Below the pieces are notes generated by a model. The model saw nothing but the letters and a program-made list of their open reading frames with translations, was not told the origin of the DNA and searched no databases. A stretch of DNA of 64,000 nt. It comes from an archaeon (GTDB lineage: Archaea; Iainarchaeota; Iainarchaeia; Iainarchaeales; 1-14-0-10-31-34). Shown here piece after piece: positions 9,860 through 18,020 of this stretch; the first letter of the stretch is position 1; every line of letters starts with the position of its first letter. The stretch covers positions 24,428 through 88,427 of the forward strand of contig JAJRVL010000005.1 of assembly GCA_024277355.1 (NCBI GenBank). Reading direction: 5' to 3'. Both the position numbers and the translations under genes were made by a program.

Positions 9860-10285
9860 TTACAACCCTGTTGAACCAAATCCGCCTTCGCCTCTGGAAG
9901 TGTCATCTAATTCTTCTACAAATTCTATTTCAGCTAATTCAATTTTATTGAAAACTAATTGTGCAATTTTTTTTCCTTTTTCTGCTGTAAACTTTTCTTT
10001 GCCGTGGTTTATTACTATTACGCCTATTTCTCCTCTGTATCCTGCATCAATTGTTCCAGGAGTATTTAAGACAGTTATTCCATTTTTTAATGCTAAACCA
10101 GATTTAGGTCTTACTTGTCCTTCAAATCCTTCAGGAATTGCAACTTTAATTCCTGTTTTAATTAATTTAATTTCTCCTGAAAGGATTTCTTCTGTTTCTG
10201 ATGCATATAAGTCTATTCCTGCATCTCCTTTGTGTGCTTGTTCTAATTTTGCTTCTGAATTTAATTTTTTTACCTGTACTTTCAT
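9860..10285 (-). CDS. dut: dUTP diphosphatase (trimeric dUTPase)
   Basis: DAGIDL, GTIDAGYRGE and RGEGGFGSTG motifs. Confidence 0.85.
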   Translation of the reverse strand: MKVQVKKLNSEAKLEQAHKGDAGIDLYASETEEILSGEIKLIKTGIKVAIPEGFEGQVRPKSGLALKNGITVLNTPGTIDAGYRGEIGVIVINHGKEKFTAEKGKKIAQLVFNKIELAEIEFVEELDDTSRGEGGFGSTGL

Positions 10286-10290
10286 TTAAA

Positions 10291-10854
10291 TCACTTATGT
10301 ATTACTTCCCAGTCTTTTTTTGTGTATTTATGTAATTCTTCTTTTGTAAACCATAATGCGATTTCTCTTTCAGCTGATTCTGTGTCTTCTGAACCATGAA
10401 TTAAATTTCTTACTGATCTTTGTTTTTCTTCTGCTACTTCATATGAGTCAACAGAAAAATCTCCTCTGATTGTTCCAACATCTGCGGCTCTTGACTGGGT
10501 GTTTCCAATTAATTTTCTTCCAACTTCAATTGAATGATATCCTTCAAAAACTATTGCAATTATTGGGCCTTCAGTTAAATATTGTGAATTCCATGAATGA
10601 ATTCTTTTTGCAATTTCATCATCTGTTTCTGTTACTTTAATTCCTTTTTTTTCTACTGACTTTCTTGTGTTTTCTCCTAATTTTTTTTTCCATTCAGGAG
10701 TAATTACATAATGATTATCTGCAATATTTTTTGTTGCCTGAATCATTTTCATTCCTGAAATTTTCAGTCCTTTTTGTTCAAATCTTTTTGTTATTTCTCC
10801 AATTAATCCTCTTTGCACTGCGTCATGTTTAATTAAAATTAGAGTTCTTTCCAT
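10291..10854 (-). CDS. ndk: Nucleoside diphosphate kinase (with internal insertion)
   Basis: ERTLILIKHDAVQRGLIGEI N-terminus and NLIHGSE active-site region. 187 aa, so longer than the canonical ~150. Confidence 0.85.
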   Translation of the reverse strand: MERTLILIKHDAVQRGLIGEITKRFEQKGLKISGMKMIQATKNIADNHYVITPEWKKKLGENTRKSVEKKGIKVTETDDEIAKRIHSWNSQYLTEGPIIAIVFEGYHSIEVGRKLIGNTQSRAADVGTIRGDFSVDSYEVAEEKQRSVRNLIHGSEDTESAEREIALWFTKEELHKYTKKDWEVIHK

Positions 10855-10855
10855 T

Positions 10856-11047
10856 TTATTTCACCTTTTTTGCTTTTTTTGTTTTATGGTGTTCTTTTGT
10901 CCATTTAACTTTTCTTGGATTTCTTTTTAATTTAATTAAATTTTTTTCGCATTTAGATGAACAAAAGTTATATATTGTGCCGTCTTTTTTGACATACATT
11001 AATCCTGTTCCTTTTTTTATGTTTTTTCCGCAAAAAATACAATCCAT
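10856..11047 (-). CDS. rpl24e: Ribosomal protein L24e
   Basis: CxFCGK...FCSSKC zinc-binding pattern; GAGGTGA SD upstream. Confidence 0.85.
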   Translation of the reverse strand: MDCIFCGKNIKKGTGLMYVKKDGTIYNFCSSKCEKNLIKLKRNPRKVKWTKEHHKTKKAKKVK

Positions 11048-11152
11048 TTTTTTTCACCTCAAAGCCGGTTTCGTCCGGCTGTCACAATGCACGACATAAA
11101 GTCATGCTGATATTGGTTTATTCAATAAACTATTGCCAGCTGACAGTAGCAG
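11048..11152 (-). other. GC-rich structured spacer between rps28e and rpl24e; candidate small RNA or processing element
   Basis: About 105 nt that is much more GC-rich than the genome. It contains GCCGG-ACGAAA-CCGGC and GUUUA-UUGAA-UAAAC hairpins and the CAGCTG palindrome. No box C/D or tRNA features were found. Confidence 0.2.
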
Positions 11153-11359
11153 CTAAGCTTTGATTTCTTTTGCTTCTCTTTCAGTTGAAAGCAATATTAT
11201 TACGTCTCCTTTTTTCAGGTTTCCTTTTACATTTCTTCTTTTTACTCTGCCTTGTTCTGGTCCTTCAAGAATTTTGCATAAAACCTGAATGATTTCTCCA
11301 TGGACGCCTGTTCTTTGGATTACTTCAACTACTTCTGCAGGAGTTCCTTCACGCATCAT
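11153..11359 (-). CDS. rps28e: Ribosomal protein S28e
   Basis: [19 protein letters not shown]...[10 protein letters not shown] pattern. Confidence 0.85.
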   Translation of the reverse strand: MMREGTPAEVVEVIQRTGVHGEIIQVLCKILEGPEQGRVKRRNVKGNLKKGDVIILLSTEREAKEIKA

Positions 11360-11363
11360 TTAA

Positions 11364-11729
11364 TCACTTCTTTAACTCGTTTATTTTTTTTATTATTTCT
11401 TCTAATTCTTTTTTTGCATTTCCTTCTTCAACTAATGCAATTGAAGCTGTTCCAACTGAAATGCCTGTTTTTTCTCCTAATTCTTTTTTTGTTGAAATAT
11501 AAGAAAAAGGAATTTTTTTTTCTTCACATAACAAAGGCAAATGCATTACTAATTCCTGAGGGCTAATGTCTTCTGCAATAAAAATGATTTTTGCTGTTCC
11601 TCTTTCTATTGCTTTAGTTGTTTCGTTTACACCTATTCTGATTTTACCACTGTTTTTTGCTTTTTCAATTAGTGCTAATTGTTTTTCTTTTAGTTCTTTG
11701 CCTACGCTGAACTTAACGTATTCTGCCAT
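11364..11729 (-). CDS. rpl7ae: Ribosomal protein L7Ae (K-turn binding)
   Basis: GVNETTKAIERGTAKIIFIAED motif. GGAGGT SD upstream, with a hairpin in the leader. Confidence 0.9.
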   Translation of the reverse strand: MAEYVKFSVGKELKEKQLALIEKAKNSGKIRIGVNETTKAIERGTAKIIFIAEDISPQELVMHLPLLCEEKKIPFSYISTKKELGEKTGISVGTASIALVEEGNAKKELEEIIKKINELKK

Positions 11730-11841
11730 TTAAAATCAACCTCCTTGCAGCCATTTATGGCTGTTCATCGTCATCGGCAAAATGAGTATAAGAAAACCTG
11801 TCAAAAAAGGTTTTTAAAGGTATTTTAATGCATTTCTGTGT

Positions 11842-12780
11842 ATGTCTAAACCTAAAAGATCTGGCTTAAAAAGAAACAGATTTGTGCATCAAAAATTTCA
11901 TGGAAAACTTAATGTTTCTAGTTCTTCAAATCTTATTCCTTATTATTCTGCTGTTAAAGTTGTAACAATTAATGGCAAAAAATATGTTAAAAAAACTCAT
12001 TCAGGTTTTTTTTTGCAGCCTGATGTAAATCAGTCTAAACATGCATTAAATCCTGAACTTGCAAGAAGTTTAACAGCAGGAGAATCAATTGTTTTAAGAG
12101 GAGTTTCAAGAATTTATAACAGGCTTAAAAGAAAAGGAGTTTTCAGAAAAAAAGAAAAAAAAATTTATTTACTTAATTTTTCCAAACTTTTTAGGGTTAA
12201 TTTAAGCAAAACAAAGCCTTCAAAAAATTTTATTTTATCAGAATATATAAATGCTCCTGATGCAGGGCGTCTTTATTCTTTTGTGAAATTTGGAAAAATA
12301 TTAGGTGCTTCTCCTAAAGAAGAAAAAAAATGCATGCAATTCATAAAAAAACAGAGGTTAATTAAGGTTTTAGAAAATAAAAAATCAAGAGAATCTTTTG
12401 CTTCTAAACTTTATTCGGCTGTTGAGCAGGCTGCAAGGGATTTAGCTGTTGCAGAAAAAGAATTTAAAAAAAATGCAGCAAAAAAAGGTTTAAATGAAAA
12501 TGTTTTGTTTGATGTGTCTGAAAGAAAAGATAATGTTTTGTTTAGAGTTCCTGAAACAGATTTTAATGAAATTAAACGAGACAATTTTGTTGTTAATTCT
12601 TTTGAAAGGGGAGTTTTTAATCTTACTTTAATTGATCTTCTTTATCCTTCAAGTGATAAAAAATTTCATCCTTCAATTACAAGAACAAAAAAACGAAACA
12701 AGCTTAAGCAGTGGGAAAACAAAAATCCTAAAGAATTTTATAGTTCTGAAGGCCATCCAAAAAGAAGAAAGAAAAAATAA
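11842..12780 (+). CDS. Basic hypothetical protein, paralog A of a two-member family (see 43498..44235)
   Basis: 312 aa, K/R-rich, with no recognisable domain. Three collinear blocks are shared with the ORF at 43498..44235. It lies antisense to the surrounding operons. Confidence 0.5.
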   Translation: MSKPKRSGLKRNRFVHQKFHGKLNVSSSSNLIPYYSAVKVVTINGKKYVKKTHSGFFLQPDVNQSKHALNPELARSLTAGESIVLRGVSRIYNRLKRKGVFRKKEKKIYLLNFSKLFRVNLSKTKPSKNFILSEYINAPDAGRLYSFVKFGKILGASPKEEKKCMQFIKKQRLIKVLENKKSRESFASKLYSAVEQAARDLAVAEKEFKKNAAKKGLNENVLFDVSERKDNVLFRVPETDFNEIKRDNFVVNSFERGVFNLTLIDLLYPSSDKKFHPSITRTKKRNKLKQWENKNPKEFYSSEGHPKRRKKK

Positions 12781-12781
12781 T

Positions 12782-13795
12782 TCACTTATGTGTAAACCAT
12801 AAAACAACTTTTTTTTCTTGTATTTCATCTATTCTTGCATAACCAAAATTTTCTAGTTGAACAGTGTTTCCTTCTTTTTCATCTAAGATTTCTTTGTTTA
12901 TTATGCCGTGTTTTTTTGTTCCGTCATCTAAAACTATTTCTGCTGTAATTTCTTTTAGTATCCATTGAATTAAAGGTTTGTTTTCTAGTTTTTGTATTCC
13001 AGTGAATTCTCCAAAAACCTGTGTTTGATTTTTATTGATTACACGAAAATTTAATGCATGTTTTAATCTAACAATTTTTCCTTCATTCATTTTTTCTGAA
13101 TCTTTTTGTGAAATCAAAAAATTTTGGCTTCCTTCTTTTAATTTATAAACTCTTAATTGATCAGGGAAATCCGGATGAAGTGGTTTTTCTATTTCTAATT
13201 CAGGAACAAAATTTACATCTAATCTGATTGGATGTTCAATAAAATAATATCTGTCTGATTTGCTGTCAATAAAATGTTTATTTAAATCAACCATTTTATT
13301 AAAGTCAATTGTTACATCAGAACTTTTTGTTCCAATTTCTTTGATTATTTCTTTTATTGTTTTAGGAGAAAAACCTCTTCTTCTTAAAGCTTTAATAGTT
13401 CCTAATCTTGGGTCATCCCATCCTGAATAAATTCCTTTTTCTATTCCTTCTTTTATTTTTGAAGTGCTTAAAACCATTTCAGCTAATTTAATTCTGCCTG
13501 TATGTAATGTGTGAGGATAATTCCACCCAAAATATTCATATAAAAATTTTTGTTTTTCTGCATTTTGTGCATGTTCTTGTCCTCTTATAATTAAAGTTAC
13601 TTTCATTTCATGATCATCTATTGCTGAAGCAAAATTATATGAAGGCCATACCTTATATTTTTGATTAACTCTTGGGTGTTCTGGTTCATCAACTATTTTT
13701 GCAGCCCACCAGTCTCTTAAAGAAGGATCTTTTGCATTTAAATCAGTTTTAATTCTTAATACAGCCTGTCCTTCTTTTAATTCATTTGAAAGCAT
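12782..13795 (-). CDS. gltX: Glutamyl-tRNA synthetase, C-terminal segment (same frame as the N-terminal segment, separated by TAA plus 12 sense codons)
   Basis: EGQAVLRIKTDL...RDWWAAKIV...YNFASAIDDH matches the GluRS/GlnRS core. The segment continues through to the anticodon-binding domain. Confidence 0.85.
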   Translation of the reverse strand: MLSNELKEGQAVLRIKTDLNAKDPSLRDWWAAKIVDEPEHPRVNQKYKVWPSYNFASAIDDHEMKVTLIIRGQEHAQNAEKQKFLYEYFGWNYPHTLHTGRIKLAEMVLSTSKIKEGIEKGIYSGWDDPRLGTIKALRRRGFSPKTIKEIIKEIGTKSSDVTIDFNKMVDLNKHFIDSKSDRYYFIEHPIRLDVNFVPELEIEKPLHPDFPDQLRVYKLKEGSQNFLISQKDSEKMNEGKIVRLKHALNFRVINKNQTQVFGEFTGIQKLENKPLIQWILKEITAEIVLDDGTKKHGIINKEILDEKEGNTVQLENFGYARIDEIQEKKVVLWFTHK

Positions 13796-13831
13796 TTTTT
13801 CAAATTCTTTTAATTGTTCGTCAGGTTTTTT

Positions 13832-14473
13832 TTATCTGCATTCGCATCCTTTGTTTTCATCAATTAATTGTTTCCATTTTTCTTTTTCGCATGAACAGAC
13901 ATACGCTTTTCCTATTGAAATAACTTTTTTCATAAAAGAATAATATATTTCCATTCTGTCTGAAGCAAAAAAAGTTTCATCTGCTTTTACTCCAAGCCAG
14001 TTCATGTCTTCTTTAAATATTTGTTCTGCATTTTTAATTGGTTTTTTTGTTTTAGGATCAGTATCATCAAATCTTAAAATAAATTTTCCATTATATTTTT
14101 TTGCGTATTCAAATGAATTAAGCAAAGCCCTTGCATTGCCTAAATGAAAAGGTCCATTAGGATTTGGGGCATAACGCGTTACTACTTGTTCTTTTTCTGC
14201 CCAGTCTAACTGCATTTCTTCTTTTTGTTTTCTTTCAGGCAGTTCATTAAAATCCATTGAATTAAATTTTTCTTCTAATTCTTTTTTATCCATTGAATTA
14301 ACTGATTCAACTGTTTTGGTTATTTCTTTTATTTCTTTGCTTAAGTTTTTTGCCAGTTCTTTGTCTATTGCCATTAGTTTTGAAATTACTGCTTTTAATT
14401 CTGCTTTTCCTGAATGTTCAACTGCATTTTTTACAGCATATTTAAAAGTTAATTCATTTAATTTTTGTTTCAT
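13832..14473 (-). CDS. gltX: Glutamyl-tRNA synthetase, N-terminal catalytic segment (ends at in-frame TAA)
   Basis: RYAPNPNGPFHLGNAR carries the class I HIGH motif, and AYVCSC...C.CR is the Zn-binding pattern of archaeal GluRS. Confidence 0.85.
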   Translation of the reverse strand: MKQKLNELTFKYAVKNAVEHSGKAELKAVISKLMAIDKELAKNLSKEIKEITKTVESVNSMDKKELEEKFNSMDFNELPERKQKEEMQLDWAEKEQVVTRYAPNPNGPFHLGNARALLNSFEYAKKYNGKFILRFDDTDPKTKKPIKNAEQIFKEDMNWLGVKADETFFASDRMEIYYSFMKKVISIGKAYVCSCEKEKWKQLIDENKGCECR

Positions 14474-14517
14474 AAGTTATCTTTCCTAATGAAATTTCAA
14501 TGAAAATTAGTTTAATT

Positions 14518-15189
14518 TTATTGTTTTGTATTAAAATGGTTTAATACTGCTTTTGCAAGGCTTTTGTTCTGTAATATAGCAAAATGATAAAATGGTCGTT
14601 GTTTTTGGAAGTTGTCTAAAACTAAAATTACTTTTTTTTCATCTATTACAAAAGTATTGTCTATTTCTTTTTTTTCTGAATAATTAACTTTAATTTTTTT
14701 TTCTATTGCTTTATTTAATGCTTCTTTTAAAAAACTTCTTTTGCTTGTTTCAGTAAAAACATTAATTGATTTTTTTGCTTTAAGTATTTCCTGTCCTAAA
14801 ACTCTGTCAAAATCATTTAATTCTCTGACTTTAAAGACATTTTCTTTTTCTTCTTGTTCTTCAGAAAAAAGGTTTTCTTTTAATTTCAATGCATTTTCTT
14901 CTATTTTAGTTAATTCTTTTCTTTTTTCTTTAATTAATTTTTCTATTATTTTACTTGATTCAATTGCCTGAAATTTTTTTGGTCTTCCATGTAATGCAAT
15001 AACTAATTGTTTTTCTTCTAATTTTTCTAATACATCATAAACTCTTGTTTTTGGAATTCCTGTGTTTCTGCTGATTTCAGGAGCCTGCAATAAACCTTTT
15101 TTTATTAAAGAAAAAATTGCTTTTGATTCGTATTCAGTTAAGCCAAAAGAAGTAAAATGATTAATTGTTTCTTCGTCCATTTTTCTCAA
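14518..15189 (-). CDS. TrmB-family HTH transcriptional regulator
   Basis: N-terminal FGLTEYESKAIFSLIKKG...PKTRVYDVLEKLEEKQLV is a winged HTH of the TrmB type. Confidence 0.7.
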   Translation of the reverse strand: MRKMDEETINHFTSFGLTEYESKAIFSLIKKGLLQAPEISRNTGIPKTRVYDVLEKLEEKQLVIALHGRPKKFQAIESSKIIEKLIKEKRKELTKIEENALKLKENLFSEEQEEKENVFKVRELNDFDRVLGQEILKAKKSINVFTETSKRSFLKEALNKAIEKKIKVNYSEKKEIDNTFVIDEKKVILVLDNFQKQRPFYHFAILQNKSLAKAVLNHFNTKQ

Positions 15190-15239
15190 CTAAAGCGTAT
15201 ACAAATCATTATATAAATTTACTCTTTATAGTGAAGTAA

Positions 15240-16277
15240 TTAGGTAGTAGTTTGTTTTGTCCATTCAAGAAGATTGTTCTGCAAAACAAATTTTGTTTTC
15301 TTTAATTCTTTGATGTTTTTTGCTCCTGATAAAAACATTGAAATTCTTAATTCCTGTTTTAAACTTTCAATTAATTCTTCTAGTTTTTTTTCTCCTTTTT
15401 TTGCTTTAATTAATGCAGGAACTGCTATTCCGGTTAATTCTGCTCCTAAAGCAATGCTTTTTGCTATTTCTAATCCATTTCTTATTCCGCCTGAAGCAAT
15501 AATTTTTTTACTGGAAACTTTTCCTGCAATCAATAATGCGGCTGCAGTTGGAATTCCCCATTCGCCAAAAACTGAATTAAGTTTTTTCCTGTTATAAATA
15601 ATTGAATCAACTTTAACAAAAGAAGTTCCTCCTGCTCCTGCAACATCAATTGCTTTAATTTTTGTTTTTTCCAGTTTTTTTGCTGTTTTATCTGAAATGC
15701 CGTTTCCTACTTCTTTTATTATTACAGGAAAATCACTTTCTTCAGCAAAATTCTTTATGCTATTAAACTGTTTTGAAAAGCCCTTTGTTTTTATATTTTG
15801 CATTAATTCTTGTGCGGGATTTAAGTGAATTGAAATAGCATCAGCCTGAATTTCAGTTAAAAAATCATTAATTCTTTTAACAGAATATTTTTCTAACTGC
15901 AATGCGCCAATATTTGCTTCCAAAAAAACATTAGGACAGAATTTCCTGAATTTAAAATACTTTAAGTTTTCTTTTTTTTCTAATCCTGCTCTCATTGAAC
16001 CCAAAGAAAAACCAATTCCTTTTTTTTCGCAAGCTAAAGCAATGTTTTTGTTTAATTTAAATGATTCTAATGTTCCTCCAGTTATAGGTCTAATACTTAA
16101 AGGAAAAGAAAAATTCTTGCCTAAAAAATCAGTGGAAAGTGAAATGTCATTTAATTCAAAATCAACCAAAGGATTATGTATAAGTTCAACTTCTTCCAGT
16201 AAATTTGTTTTTTTAAACTGGCTTTGTTTTTTCATTGCAGTTTTAATATGCCTGTTTTTTCTTTTTGCTGTTTTCAT
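15240..16277 (-). CDS. fni: Isopentenyl-diphosphate delta-isomerase, type 2 (FMN-dependent)
   Basis: IHLNPAQE, PVIIKEVGNGIS, AGAGGTSF, WGIPTAAA and SGGIRNGLEIAKSIALGA all match IDI-2 signature blocks. Confidence 0.85.
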   Translation of the reverse strand: MKTAKRKNRHIKTAMKKQSQFKKTNLLEEVELIHNPLVDFELNDISLSTDFLGKNFSFPLSIRPITGGTLESFKLNKNIALACEKKGIGFSLGSMRAGLEKKENLKYFKFRKFCPNVFLEANIGALQLEKYSVKRINDFLTEIQADAISIHLNPAQELMQNIKTKGFSKQFNSIKNFAEESDFPVIIKEVGNGISDKTAKKLEKTKIKAIDVAGAGGTSFVKVDSIIYNRKKLNSVFGEWGIPTAAALLIAGKVSSKKIIASGGIRNGLEIAKSIALGAELTGIAVPALIKAKKGEKKLEELIESLKQELRISMFLSGAKNIKELKKTKFVLQNNLLEWTKQTTT

Positions 16278-16283
16278 TTTTTA

Positions 16284-17090
16284 TCACTTAAAAAATCCTA
16301 TTGAGGCATAAGCCACAACATTGTTTTTGTCTCCTGTAACATCTCCTGAAGTAGAATAATTAATTAACTCTGTTTTATTTATGTCTTTCTTTTTGCAGTA
16401 TTGCATTAAAACTTCTATTGAAGAATGACCGCAAATACTTAAATTTTTTTTTTCTATTAATTCATGAAAATCTTTTATTCTCATTTTTTTAATTAATTCT
16501 ATTGCCTTAAAATCTTTTTCTTTTGCAGTTTTTTCATTTAAAAAATGAGTAAAATCACTTGAAGCAATAACAGTAAATTTTTTTCCTGTTTTTTTTTCTG
16601 TTTGAATTAAAGCTTTAGCTAATTCTTCTAATTCTTTTGAATCAGAAACCATTAAAGTAATTGGAACAATCTTAAATTCCTTAAACAAATACTGTAAAAA
16701 AATTAACTGTACTTCAATTGAATGTTCCTGTAAATGTGCGATTTCATCTTTTTTTGCTTTAGTAAAAATTGAAGTTAAAACATCAACGGCTTGTTTATCA
16801 ATTTCTGTTTCTCCTAATGGAGTTTCCCAGATTCCTTCAGGATAAACTGAAATTTCTTCTCCATAACCTGTATGATTTGGAGATAAAATTACAATTGTTT
16901 CAGGTTTATTTAATAAAGAATAAGAATATGCTGCTGTTTGTCCTGAATAAACTGTTCCTGCATGAGGTGAAATTATATAATTTGTTTTTGTTGTTGTTTT
17001 TGTTTTAGAAAAAAATTTTTTTAATTGAATTTGTATTTTTTCTTTTGTTTTAGGATAAAAACTGCCTTGAAGAATTGATTGTCTTTTCAT
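16284..17090 (-). CDS. MEMO1-family protein (AmmeMemoRadiSam system protein B)
   Basis: SPHAGTVYSG motif and a C-terminal ICGHSSIEVL block. Confidence 0.8.
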   Translation of the reverse strand: MKRQSILQGSFYPKTKEKIQIQLKKFFSKTKTTTKTNYIISPHAGTVYSGQTAAYSYSLLNKPETIVILSPNHTGYGEEISVYPEGIWETPLGETEIDKQAVDVLTSIFTKAKKDEIAHLQEHSIEVQLIFLQYLFKEFKIVPITLMVSDSKELEELAKALIQTEKKTGKKFTVIASSDFTHFLNEKTAKEKDFKAIELIKKMRIKDFHELIEKKNLSICGHSSIEVLMQYCKKKDINKTELINYSTSGDVTGDKNNVVAYASIGFFK

Positions 17091-17117
17091 GTTAATAAAT
17101 AAAGGAAAAAGTTGTTT

Positions 17118-17807
17118 TTATCTTTTTGGTCTGCCTCTTCCTTTTTTCATTGGTCTTCTTTTTCTTTCCATGTTTCTTTTTTCTTTCATTAATTCTTCTT
17201 TGCCTTCTTTTAGTTTGTATTCAAAGTCTTCTGCTGTTTTTGTGAATTCTTTTTCGTTTTTTATTTCTTTTCTTTCAATTAAAATATTTCTTGCAACCAT
17301 CCAGAAAACTAAAGCAAGACTTTTTCTTCCTTTGTTGTTTACAGGAATAATTAAGTCAATGTCTTTTGTTGAATTATTTGTTGAACTTAATGAAATAATT
17401 GGAATCCTTAAACTTTTTGCTTCTTTTATTGCCTGAAAGTCTGCATCAGGTTCTGTTACCATTAATAAACTTAATTCAGTGAACTCTTTTCCTTCTGGAT
17501 TAGTAAAAGTTCCTGGAATAAATCTTGAAGGAATTGCTTTTGCTCCTACTGCTTCTGCAAATTGTTTTATTGGAGTTTTGCCGTATAGTTTTCTTGAAAC
17601 AACAACTACTTTGTCTTTTTCATAGTTTGAAATCAATTTTGCAGCAAGGTTTATTCTTTCATCTAATGTTTTAATATCCATTACTTTTAATCCGTCATCT
17701 CTTCTTTTGTAAATGTATTTTTTCATGCCCCATGTCTTGTATTTTGTTCCTATATGTGCTCCTGTTTTCAGATATCTTTCTGTTTCAGTATTTGTTGTTG
17801 TTTCCAT
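17118..17807 (-). CDS. rps2: Ribosomal protein S2 (uS2) with basic C-terminal tail
   Basis: LKTGAHIGTK...VVVVSRK...IPIISLSSTN pattern. Confidence 0.9.
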   Translation of the reverse strand: METTTNTETERYLKTGAHIGTKYKTWGMKKYIYKRRDDGLKVMDIKTLDERINLAAKLISNYEKDKVVVVSRKLYGKTPIKQFAEAVGAKAIPSRFIPGTFTNPEGKEFTELSLLMVTEPDADFQAIKEAKSLRIPIISLSSTNNSTKDIDLIIPVNNKGRKSLALVFWMVARNILIERKEIKNEKEFTKTAEDFEYKLKEGKEELMKEKRNMERKRRPMKKGRGRPKR

Positions 17808-17818
17808 TTTTTATCTCC

Positions 17819-18013
17819 TCAGCGACTGTATTTTATTATGTCATCCATTAATTCAACATGGCTTAAAAGCATTCTTCTGCAGCAGTATCTTGCTATTCCT
17901 AATTCATTCATTACTTTTTCTGCTGATTCTCCTTTGGCTACTCTTGTTTGGAATTCTTCGTAGTATTCTCCTACTACTTTTCCGCATGAAAAACATCTTA
18001 TTGGAATCATCAT
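17819..18013 (-). CDS. rpoN: DNA-directed RNA polymerase subunit N (Rpo10)
   Basis: [12 protein letters not shown]...YCCRRM zinc-bundle signature; 64 aa. Confidence 0.85.
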   Translation of the reverse strand: MMIPIRCFSCGKVVGEYYEEFQTRVAKGESAEKVMNELGIARYCCRRMLLSHVELMDDIIKYSR

Positions 18014-18020
18014 TTTTGCT

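Noticed and set aside
11048-11152. Box C/D sRNA or tRNA in the GC-rich spacer
   Set aside because: No RUGAUGA/CUGA box pairs in the right arrangement and no T-loop or acceptor pattern. It is kept only as an unclassified structured element.
13832-13834. Homopolymer (A8) indel as the explanation for the GluRS interruption
   Set aside because: The TAA is formed by the T plus the first two A of the run, and both flanks are already in frame. No A-length change removes the stop, so only a substitution or recoding can.
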